The position numbers and the translations under genes are program-made. 64,000 nucleotides of DNA from Spirochaetia bacterium. Lineage in GTDB: Bacteria > Spirochaetota > Spirochaetia > DSM-2461. Below, piece after piece: positions 40,676 to 49,565 of the stretch. Position 1 is the stretch's first letter; every line of letters starts with the position of its first letter. The stretch lies in assembly GCA_963666985.2 (NCBI GenBank), contig CAXXIA010000002.1, forward strand, positions 2,880,001 through 2,944,000, written 5' to 3'. A model generated the notes under the pieces. The model saw only the letters and a list, made by a program, of their open reading frames with translations, had not been told where the DNA came from and did no database searches.

Positions 40676-40918
40676 CAATAACTCCCCGGGGTAAGGGTCG
40701 GAACTCTCGAGATTCTCTTTTCTTGAACTTTATTCCCGATGGCGGTCGGCGACAATAGTCCGACTTTCGAATATAAGAGATGTACGGCGGATCAGAATCT
40801 TCATGTGAAACGGGAATGCCGGTAAAGGTACTTGCGGTTGATTATTTAAAGGGAATAGACTTCGGTTTTCCGCAGGTCGGTAAAAACCGATGGAATGGAA
40901 TAAGGAGCGATCGACACC

Positions 40919-41860
40919 ATGGCCGAGAAACTCGTTATCGCAGTCGGCGGAAACGCCCTCATTGAAGACCCCCATCACATTTCCGTTCATGCCCAATACC
41001 TCGCGGCCCGGCATGCCGCCGAGAGCCTCGGAGGTTTGATGGCCGCCGGTCATCATATTTCCATCGTGCATGGCAACGGCCCTCAGGTGGGATTCATTCT
41101 CCGGCGGGCCGAATTGGCCCGCGGCGTGCTTCATGAAGTTCCTCTCGATTCCTGCGTGGCGGATACTCAAGGAGCTCTCGGCTACAACCTTCAGATGGCC
41201 CTCGGGAATGAGATTACGGCGAGAAAACTGAATCGAAGCGCCGCGACCGTGGTTACTCAGGTTTTGGTTGACCGTGACGATCCGGCGTTTTTGAATCCGG
41301 TGAAACCGATCGGCGGATTCATGGACGAAGAAGAGGCTCGGCGCCGCGGCGAAGAAGAAGGCTGGAAGGTTGTTGAGGATGCGGGAAGAGGATGGCGGCG
41401 CGTCGTACCGTCGCCCGAACCGAAGAGTATTCTGGAATTGGACGTAATCCGCTCCCTTGTGGACGCGGGAGTTGTCACCATCGCGGTCGGCGGCGGAGGA
41501 ATCCCCGTGGCTCCGGGAATATCGGGAGAGCTGGAGGGAGTTGAGGCGGTTATCGATAAAGATAAGGCGGCTTCCCTGCTCGCCGTGTCGCTGAACGCCG
41601 ACAGGCTGATTATTTCAACGGCCGTTCCCCGTGTCTGTATCGATTACGGGAAGCCGACGCAGAAGGAACTGACGAAGATCAATGTCGCGGAGGCGGAATC
41701 TCTGGCCGCTCAAGGGCAGTTCGCTCCGGGCAGCATGCTTCCGAAAATTGAAGCGGTGGTGGCCTTTATCAAGAAAACGGGCCGGGAAGGACTCATTACC
41801 GATCCGCCGCATTTGGCCGCCGCTTTGAAAGGGCGGGCGGGGACGAGGATTGTTCCTTGA
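40919..41860 (+). CDS. arcC: Carbamate kinase
   Basis: VIAVGGNAL, HGNGPQVG, KPIG, RRVVPSP, GGGGIPV, EAVIDKD, GSMLPK. Confidence 0.95.
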   Translation: MAEKLVIAVGGNALIEDPHHISVHAQYLAARHAAESLGGLMAAGHHISIVHGNGPQVGFILRRAELARGVLHEVPLDSCVADTQGALGYNLQMALGNEITARKLNRSAATVVTQVLVDRDDPAFLNPVKPIGGFMDEEEARRRGEEEGWKVVEDAGRGWRRVVPSPEPKSILELDVIRSLVDAGVVTIAVGGGGIPVAPGISGELEGVEAVIDKDKAASLLAVSLNADRLIISTAVPRVCIDYGKPTQKELTKINVAEAESLAAQGQFAPGSMLPKIEAVVAFIKKTGREGLITDPPHLAAALKGRAGTRIVP

Positions 41861-41893
41861 AATTGATGAAATCGTCAATATTGGTATTGTATA

Positions 41894-41921
41894 TTGACAT
41901 ATTTTGAAGATTGGATAAGAT
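41894..41921 (+). promoter_or_regulatory. Putative sigma70 promoter for serC
   Basis: TTGACA-16 nt-TAAGAT in the AT-rich gap upstream of serC. Confidence 0.5.
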
Positions 41922-42005
41922 TAATGAAAGGAGCATCGCAGATCTTGATATTTTTGTGATGCAGGATCACAATAAAATCCATTAAGGAAAACAGGAGTTC
42001 GATCC

Positions 42006-43085
42006 ATGAATCGTCCCGTCAATTTTTCAGCCGGTCCGTCCATGATTCCCACGGAAGTTCTTGAGTCTCTCGCCGCGGATATGGTGGATTACCGCGGTAC
42101 CGGCCTTTCGCTTGTGGAAGTGAGTCATCGCGGCGCCGTTTATGACGGCGTTCATCAGGAGGCCATCTCTCTTTTAAAAGAGCTGATGAATATTCCCGAT
42201 GGTTATTCGATTCTTCTTCTCGGCGGCGGCGCGACGTTGCAGTTTTCCATGCTTCCCATGAATCTGATGCTTCCCGGAAAAAGCGCCGATTACGTCAACT
42301 CGGGTTCTTGGGCCAAAAAGGCCATTACCGAAGCGAAAAAGGTCGGTGATGTCAACGTTGTCTGGGACGGAGCGGGAAGCAGTTACATGTCTTTGCCCGA
42401 TCCCGCTTCCGTCAAACCGTCTTCCGCTTCTTCCTATCTTCATATTACCAGCAACGAAACCATCGGCGGCGTCCAGTGGAAAACGTTCCCCGATACCGGA
42501 GATGTCCCTCTTGTCGCGGACATGTCCAGCGATATTTTAAGCCGGCCGATTGATGTGAGCCGTTTCGGAGTGATTTACGCCGGAGCTCAGAAGAACCTGG
42601 CTCCCTCCGGTTTGACCGTGGTTATCATCAGGGACGATCTCTTGACAAGATCGTCCGATTCCCTCGGATCCTATCTGAATTATGCCGTTCACGCGGAAGC
42701 GAACTCGCTGTACAATACCCCGCCGGTTTTCCCCATATGGGCCATGAAGCTTGTTCTGGAAGGCGTGAAAAAACGCGGAGGCGCCGCGGCCGTTGCCAAA
42801 GATAACGCCGATCAGGCGGCGGCACTTTATGACGCGATCGATTCCTCCGGCGGATTTTACCGATGCCCCGTGGAAAAGGCGGTGCGTTCGGATATGAATA
42901 TCGTCTGGCGTCTGGCCGAGGAAAGCCGGGAAGCCGATTTCATCAAATCCGCCTCCGAAGCGGGACTCATCGGGTTGAAGGGGCATAGAAGCGTCGGCGG
43001 ATGCCGGGCCTCATTGTACAACGCCATGACGATGGACGGTGTTCGGCGGCTTATTGATTTCATGGCGGACTTTGCCCGGAAATAA
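42006..43085 (+). CDS. serC: Phosphoserine aminotransferase
   Basis: NFSAGPS, SHRG, NETIGG, ADMSS, YAGAQKN (PLP Lys), NTPP, GHRSVGG.RAS.YNA. Confidence 0.97.
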   Translation: MNRPVNFSAGPSMIPTEVLESLAADMVDYRGTGLSLVEVSHRGAVYDGVHQEAISLLKELMNIPDGYSILLLGGGATLQFSMLPMNLMLPGKSADYVNSGSWAKKAITEAKKVGDVNVVWDGAGSSYMSLPDPASVKPSSASSYLHITSNETIGGVQWKTFPDTGDVPLVADMSSDILSRPIDVSRFGVIYAGAQKNLAPSGLTVVIIRDDLLTRSSDSLGSYLNYAVHAEANSLYNTPPVFPIWAMKLVLEGVKKRGGAAAVAKDNADQAAALYDAIDSSGGFYRCPVEKAVRSDMNIVWRLAEESREADFIKSASEAGLIGLKGHRSVGGCRASLYNAMTMDGVRRLIDFMADFARK

Positions 43086-43182
43086 GGTAAGGACGTCGGC
43101 TCCCTGAAGCCGCTTTACGGGTTCCGTATCGGATTCGGTATCAATGCCTCAATAGCGTTCGCGGGAGTCTGAGGAGGAGAGA

Positions 43183-43659
43183 ATGTTCCGCCTTGATCGG
43201 TTGAACATGAGTATTATCGACCATCTTCAGGAGGGTCGAAAATCCTATAAGAAAATCGCCGATAATCTGGGAATCTCGGAAAATACGGTCAAGGCGCGGG
43301 TAAGAAAGCTTGAAGAAGAAGGCATTCTTAAAATCGCGGGATTCGTTGATCCCGAATCCATGGAAGGACACCAGATTATCTATATAGGCGTGAAGCTTAA
43401 GGATATGAATTACCCGACCAAAGGCGAAGAAATCAGCCGGCTGCGCCGGGTTGTTTCCGTGGGCGTCGTTACGGGCCGCTACGATCTTATTGTAACGGTT
43501 CATCTGAAAACCGGTTTCGGGCTTTTGGAGTTCCTCAGCGAGGAGCTCGGCCGCATCGACCGGATTGAGTCCATTGAAACGTTTATGGTGTACAAAGGAT
43601 ACAACATTAAAGTTCCTTATATCGCCGATGAAAAAGAACTGATTGAGGTGGCGGAATGA
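43183..43659 (+). CDS. Lrp/AsnC-family transcriptional regulator
   Basis: LQEGRKSYKKIADNLGISENTVKARVRKL HTH; VTGRYDL. Confidence 0.92.
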   Translation: MFRLDRLNMSIIDHLQEGRKSYKKIADNLGISENTVKARVRKLEEEGILKIAGFVDPESMEGHQIIYIGVKLKDMNYPTKGEEISRLRRVVSVGVVTGRYDLIVTVHLKTGFGLLEFLSEELGRIDRIESIETFMVYKGYNIKVPYIADEKELIEVAE

Positions 43660-44903
43660 ATTCTGTTGAACGTCTTCGTAAGTTGGGTATCGCCGTTCCC
43701 AATATTCTCGTTCCCGGCGCGGGAACGGCTCCGGAAACCTGGTCCGTTATCGCCTGCGATCAGTTCTCTTCGGATCGCGGTTATTGGGAAGAAACACGGC
43801 GTATTGTCGGCGGTGATCCTTCAACGCTTGATTTGATTATTCCCGAATGCTACCTGGAAGATGGGGATAGGGATGAACGGGCGGGCGCGGCCAATACCGC
43901 GATGGCTGAAATCTTGGAACATGGTGTTTTAAAGCAGCTTGATTCCGGTTTCATTCTGGTGGACAGATCCACTCTTTACGCTCCTCGCCGACGGGGATTG
44001 GTTTTGGCCGTTGATTTGGAGGCCTACGATTTCTCGAAAGGATCGACCAGCGCCATCCGGCCCACCGAAGGAACGATTCGCGATCGGCTGCCGCCGAGAA
44101 TGGCCGTTCGCCGGGGCGCCTTGCTGGATCTGCCGCACGTTCTTTTACTCATGGATGACCCTGATGATTCGGTCATGAATGCGGCTTCGGCCGCCGCCGC
44201 GGCCAAGGTTTACGACTTTGATCTGATGCAGAAAGGCGGTCATGTAACCGGCCGTTTTATTCCCGAAGAGGCGATGAGCGCTCTGGCCGGCGCTTTTGAA
44301 GGAATCCTTTCCCAATCCGGCTTTCTGTTCGCCGTCGGGGACGGCAATCATTCTCTGGCATCCGCAAAAGAGATTTGGAAAGAGAAGAAAAAAGCCGGAG
44401 CGCCGGAGGATCATCCCGCTCGTTTCGCCCTGGTGGAGGTGGAGAATATTCACGATGACGGACTTCATTTCCATCCCATCCACCGTGTTCTCTTCGGTGT
44501 TAACGCCCGGGAAACGGCGGACTTTATTCGGAAGAAACTCGGCGCGAAAGAGGCGGCCGGAGCCGGTGATGTGTTTGTAAAACTTCTGACTCCCGATTCG
44601 GAATGTTCCCTTGATTTTGCCGTTCCCGCCGGACGTTTGGCGGTTGAACCTTTGCAGGATGCCCTCGATGCCTACTTGGCGGATCATCCCGAAACCTATA
44701 TCGATTATATCCACGGCGCCGATGCCGTTCGAAATCTCGTGTCCGATTCCAATGACCGCATCGGTTTGATATTGCCGGACATTGATAAAAAGACGTTTTT
44801 CAAAAGGATTCTGGAGTTGGGACCGTATCCGCGCAAGACGTTCAGCATCGGGGAAGCGGTTGAAAAGCGCTATTACCTTGAAGCGAGAAAGCTTGTTGAC
44901 TGA
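43656..44903 (+). CDS. DUF1015 family protein
   Basis: WSVIACDQF, DLEAYD, IRPTEGT..DRLPPR, AVGDGNHSLA, DYIHG, PRKTFS. Confidence 0.85.
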   Translation: MNSVERLRKLGIAVPNILVPGAGTAPETWSVIACDQFSSDRGYWEETRRIVGGDPSTLDLIIPECYLEDGDRDERAGAANTAMAEILEHGVLKQLDSGFILVDRSTLYAPRRRGLVLAVDLEAYDFSKGSTSAIRPTEGTIRDRLPPRMAVRRGALLDLPHVLLLMDDPDDSVMNAASAAAAAKVYDFDLMQKGGHVTGRFIPEEAMSALAGAFEGILSQSGFLFAVGDGNHSLASAKEIWKEKKKAGAPEDHPARFALVEVENIHDDGLHFHPIHRVLFGVNARETADFIRKKLGAKEAAGAGDVFVKLLTPDSECSLDFAVPAGRLAVEPLQDALDAYLADHPETYIDYIHGADAVRNLVSDSNDRIGLILPDIDKKTFFKRILELGPYPRKTFSIGEAVEKRYYLEARKLVD

Positions 44904-44984
44904 TGAATCTGTTTTCCGTGCGGTTTGTTTCCCGGGCCCAATTCGGCCGGAAAATGTACGCCGCAGCCTTTAACTGACGCCTCT

Positions 44985-45239
44985 ATGGAATGCCGTCCCG
45001 GCTGCGCCGCCTGCTGTATCGCCATTACTATTTCGTCTCCTGTTCCGGGATTTCCGAACGGCAAACCGGCCGGTGTGCGCTGCGGCGCTTTGGCTCCGGA
45101 CGGACGATGCCGGATCTGGGAAACCGCGGAATATCCCGAAGTCTGCCGGAATTTCCGGGCCGGAAGAGAGTATTGCGGAAAGACCGCCGACGAGGCACTC
45201 CGTCTTCTTTCGGAACTGGAAGCGGCGACCGGCGGTTGA
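44985..45239 (+). CDS. YkgJ-family Cys-cluster (zinc/iron-chelating) protein
   Basis: MECRPGCAACC..ISSP.PG.P.GKPAGVRC..L..DGRC..PEVC..F. Confidence 0.85.
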   Translation: MECRPGCAACCIAITISSPVPGFPNGKPAGVRCGALAPDGRCRIWETAEYPEVCRNFRAGREYCGKTADEALRLLSELEAATGG

Positions 45240-45516
45240 GCCTTTCTTGCTTCCTTATCAGGGGGTGTATGCAAAACGAAGCCGGCTTTTGAGCGCATGA
45301 TCGGGTTCTTTCTCCGGTGGGCTCATTAAGAGTCATTAAAAAATTTTCATAATCTTTTCATATGAGGACTTTGTGTTATTGACTCTTTTTTTTCAGGAGG
45401 TTATCCCTCCATCATAAGGCGGACCCGTCCCTTAAGGGACCTGAAGGGGTTCGCGCGAGGTATACCGGGTGAATAAATCACCTTTGCTTTCCCGTGCTTA
45501 CGATTCGGGAGAGCTC

Positions 45517-46638
45517 ATGTCCGGAAACGGTGACGATTCCGGCGAGAACGGCCCTGAACACGGCGGGAATTGGGAGCCTTTGCTGGACGGCGCCACATCC
45601 CAATTCCCTGTTATCGATCCGGACATCCAGGATTTAACGCGAACCGTTACGGATCATAGGCTTCCCACCCCCGAGCGGGTGATGGCGTTCCGGGACATCA
45701 TCGATTCGGAAATAGGTGATACGGCTCTTACCCGGGTGCGGAACATCGAGCGCCAGATCAATCTGCGAAACCTCTATTTGAAGTTCGAAGGCGGCAATCC
45801 CACGGGCACCCAAAAAGACAGGGTGGCTTTTGCCCAGGCCCAGGATGCTCTTCGCCGAGGATATGAAGGCGTGGCTTTGGCGACATGCGGAAATTACGGA
45901 GCCGCCATGGCTCTTGCGTGCCGGTTGGCCGGCTTGCGGTGCATCGTGTATATACCGGAAGGCTACGCGACCAAGCGGGTTGAGGAGATTACCGAATACG
46001 GCGCCGAAATTCGATTTTGCGGCAAGGATTACGAAACCGCCTGCGAACTCGCCCGAAAATCCGCTCAGGACGATGATTTCTACGACGCGAATCCGGGCGG
46101 ATCAAACACGGCCCTTCAGCTTGAAGCGTATGCACAAATCGCATACGAGATTTATGACGAACTGCGTGATGCCCCCGCGGCGGTAGCGGTTCCGGTTTCC
46201 AACGGAACGACTTTGGCGGGCATCCACTTGGGATTTTTAAGTCTCTACAGGCGCTGCAAGACTTCGCGCATTCCAAAGCTTATTGCCGGATCGGCGTATA
46301 AGAAAAATCCAATTGTGGATTCGTGGATTAAAGGACGTCAGGAATGCCGGGATTTGGATCCGTCGACGATAAAGGAAAGCGCCGTGAACGAACCGCTTAT
46401 CAACTGGCATTCCACTGACGGCGATGAAGCTCTTAAAGCCATCCGTGATTCGGGAGGTTGGGCCTCCTATGTTTCGGATAAAGCCATGAAGCGTTCGGCG
46501 CGGATGCTGAAAGAAACAGACGGTCTTTGGGTGCTTCCGGCGTCAACCGCGGGGCTTTTGGCCCTCATGGAGAAGCATGCCGCCGAGCCGCTGCCGGGAG
46601 ATCGGTATGTAGCGGTTATTACCGGTAAACAGTCCTAA
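45517..46638 (+). CDS. Fold-type II PLP-dependent enzyme (threonine-synthase-like)
   Basis: LKFEGGNPTGTQKDR (PLP Lys), TCGNYG, VPVSNGTTLAG; start ATG 45517 (alternative GTG 45469). Confidence 0.88.
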   Translation: MSGNGDDSGENGPEHGGNWEPLLDGATSQFPVIDPDIQDLTRTVTDHRLPTPERVMAFRDIIDSEIGDTALTRVRNIERQINLRNLYLKFEGGNPTGTQKDRVAFAQAQDALRRGYEGVALATCGNYGAAMALACRLAGLRCIVYIPEGYATKRVEEITEYGAEIRFCGKDYETACELARKSAQDDDFYDANPGGSNTALQLEAYAQIAYEIYDELRDAPAAVAVPVSNGTTLAGIHLGFLSLYRRCKTSRIPKLIAGSAYKKNPIVDSWIKGRQECRDLDPSTIKESAVNEPLINWHSTDGDEALKAIRDSGGWASYVSDKAMKRSARMLKETDGLWVLPASTAGLLALMEKHAAEPLPGDRYVAVITGKQS

Positions 46639-48041
46639 TGGGGATTAACAATTTTCTTTCAGTCGGAGCCGCGGCCGAAGAGGCCGGAATCAGTGTGGGA
46701 TTTCACGAAAGGTCATATGACATTTCCTATCCCCGAGAGATATGGAAGGCTGTTCCACCCTCCGCTCGGGACTTGCTTGTTGATAATGTCGCCCTTGCGT
46801 CGGTTCTGCATCTGCCTATGGTTTACCCGGAAACGCGGGGCGTGGAGCTGAATACCGTCCGTCCTCTTTTCGAACCCTATTTTTTTCGGAATTTCGTGGG
46901 AGACATTCCTTCCTGCTGCGATATGGACGGCAATTCGATTATTACGGACATCGAACGTTTTTTGAATCTCGAATACCGGTTTGCGCCGGGGGCGGTCCGT
47001 ATTCCGGAGATATGGCCGGCACCGAAAAAAAAAGAAGCCGGAGCTCTCGTGCCTCTGACCTTCGGCAAGGATTCCCTATTGTCGTTCGCCGTTGCCGAGG
47101 AAATCGGTCTGAAACCGAAAGCCGTTTTCGTCGACGAACCGTCTTTCGGCCGGGAACGGGGATACAAGGAAGAACTGGGAAGCCGGTTTGAATCGGAGTT
47201 CGGACATCGTCTGGAAATCCTCGATCATGAGACAGGCCGGCTTCGCGATGCCGCGCATCTGGGAGTACCTCTCGGAGAATACGGATGGGGACTTCAGTCC
47301 ACCGAATACGCTCTGTTGATGCTGCCTTTCGCCCGGTACTGGGGCGTCGGGTATTTGTTTTTCGGAAATGAACAAACAGCCGGAACCACGTATCGCGATA
47401 AGGAAGGGCGGTGGACCATTCACCCGTGCTTCGATCAGTCCCACCAATGGACTCTTCATATCGACGCCATGACGTCTCTCTTAACGAATCCCGAACCGGT
47501 GCGCACCGGCAGTCTTATCGAACCGCTGATGGATATGATGATTCAGGGGATTCTGGTTCGGCGATACCCGAAGTATGCGGATCTGCAGATGAGCTGTTTC
47601 GTCGAGGATGAAGGCGGCCGGGAATCACGCTGGTGTCATAACTGCACCATATGCGCCAAAATGTACCTGATGTGCGCCGGAGCCGGTGTCGATCCGGCGG
47701 CCGTGGGATTTCGCCGATCCATGCTGACGGAGAAGCAGAGGGACTTTTTTGCTCTTTTCGGCGGCTCATCTCCCTTCCCGTACGCCCGGACCGCCGAGGC
47801 CCGGGACGAACAGCTTTTTGCTTTTCACTGTGCCGCCCGTTTCGGTTTCGACGATCCGCTCGTCAAGGAATTTAAATCCTCACGGGCGGGAGAAGAAGCC
47901 GCCCGCCGTGAAGAAGAATTGATGGATCGGTTCGTTTCGCTTCATTCTTATGATACGGTCCCCGCCGAACTTCGGGATTCCGTGTTCCGTATTTACTCCG
48001 AAGAACTTGCCGCGTTTAAGCGGCGCTATGAGGCAGCATGA
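46638..48041 (+). CDS. PP-loop-like, Cys-cluster protein resembling MurL epimerase / QueC fold
   Basis: LTFGKDSLLS, FFGNEQTA, SLIEPL, Y..LQMSC, RWCHNCTIC in the same order as MurL motifs. Confidence 0.65.
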   Translation: MGINNFLSVGAAAEEAGISVGFHERSYDISYPREIWKAVPPSARDLLVDNVALASVLHLPMVYPETRGVELNTVRPLFEPYFFRNFVGDIPSCCDMDGNSIITDIERFLNLEYRFAPGAVRIPEIWPAPKKKEAGALVPLTFGKDSLLSFAVAEEIGLKPKAVFVDEPSFGRERGYKEELGSRFESEFGHRLEILDHETGRLRDAAHLGVPLGEYGWGLQSTEYALLMLPFARYWGVGYLFFGNEQTAGTTYRDKEGRWTIHPCFDQSHQWTLHIDAMTSLLTNPEPVRTGSLIEPLMDMMIQGILVRRYPKYADLQMSCFVEDEGGRESRWCHNCTICAKMYLMCAGAGVDPAAVGFRRSMLTEKQRDFFALFGGSSPFPYARTAEARDEQLFAFHCAARFGFDDPLVKEFKSSRAGEEAARREEELMDRFVSLHSYDTVPAELRDSVFRIYSEELAAFKRRYEAA

Positions 48042-49036
48042 AGATTGCATTAGTCGTAAATACACGCAGAGAAGAAGATGAATTTCAGGTGGAATTCGAT
48101 CCTCCCTCGACAATTGAGAAGATCCGCGAGGGAATCGAAGCCGCGGGTCATGAGTATGTATTCATCGAAGCCGATGAAAACGTAGTGGAGAATCTTAAGG
48201 CCGTCCGGCCCGATCTGGTTTTCAACCGATCGGAAGGCTTGCGGGGCGAGAGCCGGGAATCTCATATCCCATGCATTCTGGAAATGCTGGGAATCCCGTA
48301 TGTGGGTTCCGGTCCGCGAACTCTGGCGGTGTGTCTGGATAAAGCTTGGACGAAGACGTTCGTTCGGGCTCACGGGGTTGATACGCCTTCTTTCAGTGTT
48401 CTTGATTCGATGGAAAGCGCGAAGAATTGCAGGGTGGATTTTCCGATCATCCTTAAGCCCAATTCCGAGGGTTCGTCCATCGGAATCAACGAAGACAACG
48501 TGGTGCGGGATGAACAAAGTTTTCTGAACAAAGTTCGGGATATGCTGGATTTGTATCGGGAACCGGTATTGGCCGAAGAATTCGTTCCCGGAAGGGAAAT
48601 CAGCGTGAGTCTCCTGGGCCGCCCCGGAGGGGAACCGCAAGTCTTCCCGCTTTTGGAAGTGGATTTTTCCCGAATGCCGGAGACGGTAGGCAACGTGTTC
48701 GGACAAGTTGCCAAGACCGAGTACGACGATTTGGCGAATTATGTTTGTCCTGCTTCGGTTTCTCAGGATTTGGACGATCAAATTCGAAAGGCGGTTCTGC
48801 AAGCCTGGAACGTTTTGGAAATTCGGGATTTCGCGCGTTTCGATTTCCGTATCGACGGCCGCGGACGTCCGAGATTTTTGGAAGTGAATCCCCTGCCGGG
48901 CATGGATTATGACGAATCGAGCCGGGATTTTTCTTTTTACATTTTGATGGCCTTCCGTGCCGGTTACGACTACAACGGCCTGGTGGCCGCTTTGATTGAT
49001 TCCGCTCTTTCGAGAATCTCCGGTGGAACTGCTTGA
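48038..49036 (+). CDS. D-Ala-D-Ala-ligase-like ATP-grasp protein (non-canonical)
   Basis: GIPYVGS, LDKAWTK, KPNSEGSSIGI, EEFVPGRE, ARFDFR, LEVNPLPG; lacks the Ddl GGxSxE and LHG..GEDG motifs. Confidence 0.88.
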   Translation: MKIALVVNTRREEDEFQVEFDPPSTIEKIREGIEAAGHEYVFIEADENVVENLKAVRPDLVFNRSEGLRGESRESHIPCILEMLGIPYVGSGPRTLAVCLDKAWTKTFVRAHGVDTPSFSVLDSMESAKNCRVDFPIILKPNSEGSSIGINEDNVVRDEQSFLNKVRDMLDLYREPVLAEEFVPGREISVSLLGRPGGEPQVFPLLEVDFSRMPETVGNVFGQVAKTEYDDLANYVCPASVSQDLDDQIRKAVLQAWNVLEIRDFARFDFRIDGRGRPRFLEVNPLPGMDYDESSRDFSFYILMAFRAGYDYNGLVAALIDSALSRISGGTA

Positions 49037-49553
49037 ACGGGCTGCAATAGCGGCTTTCGGGACTTGCGCGGGATTCGCGGAAGGAAAGAAGACTCAGCTG
49101 ATTTGGAAGTCTTTTTCTCAATGGACTCCCGCTCTTTACCGCATGTTCCGACGAGTGGAAAAGACGGCTTTTCGCGCCGAACTGCGCTATACCCGCAAAG
49201 AGCTGCGGGAACGTTCGCTTAAGCCGAGTTTTGAGACTCTGATTGTTTTTACCGGGCATCGGCCGAGTGCGGTGATGCTTGTGTATCAAGGCGGCGGTGA
49301 AAAAGTCCTTTATCTTGATACCCTCGCTGTACGGAATCCCGGGAAGGGAACCGGCGGCAGACTGCTCAGAGCGTTCCTGGAAGAAGCCCGCTCCGACGGG
49401 TATCGCGGTATCGAATTGGATACGGAAAACATTAACGATCAGGGGATTCGTCTGGTGGATTGGTATTGCCGCTTCGGATTTACCGTTCTCAAAGAAGAAG
49501 CGGACGGGAATGTGTCCATGGAATGTATCCTGTCGGTTCCTTCAACCTTCTAA
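49023..49553 (+). CDS. GNAT-family N-acetyltransferase
   Basis: LYLDTLAV..PGKGTGGRLL acetyl-CoA motif A; WYCRFGF; start uncertain (GTG 49023 overlaps the ligase end). Confidence 0.82.
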   Translation: MELLERAAIAAFGTCAGFAEGKKTQLIWKSFSQWTPALYRMFRRVEKTAFRAELRYTRKELRERSLKPSFETLIVFTGHRPSAVMLVYQGGGEKVLYLDTLAVRNPGKGTGGRLLRAFLEEARSDGYRGIELDTENINDQGIRLVDWYCRFGFTVLKEEADGNVSMECILSVPSTF

Positions 49554-49565
49554 CGAATGGAATAA

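Noticed and set aside
48038..49036. Calling this gene ddl
   Set aside because: It lacks the D-Ala-binding N-terminal motifs of Ddl; kept as Ddl-like ATP-grasp only
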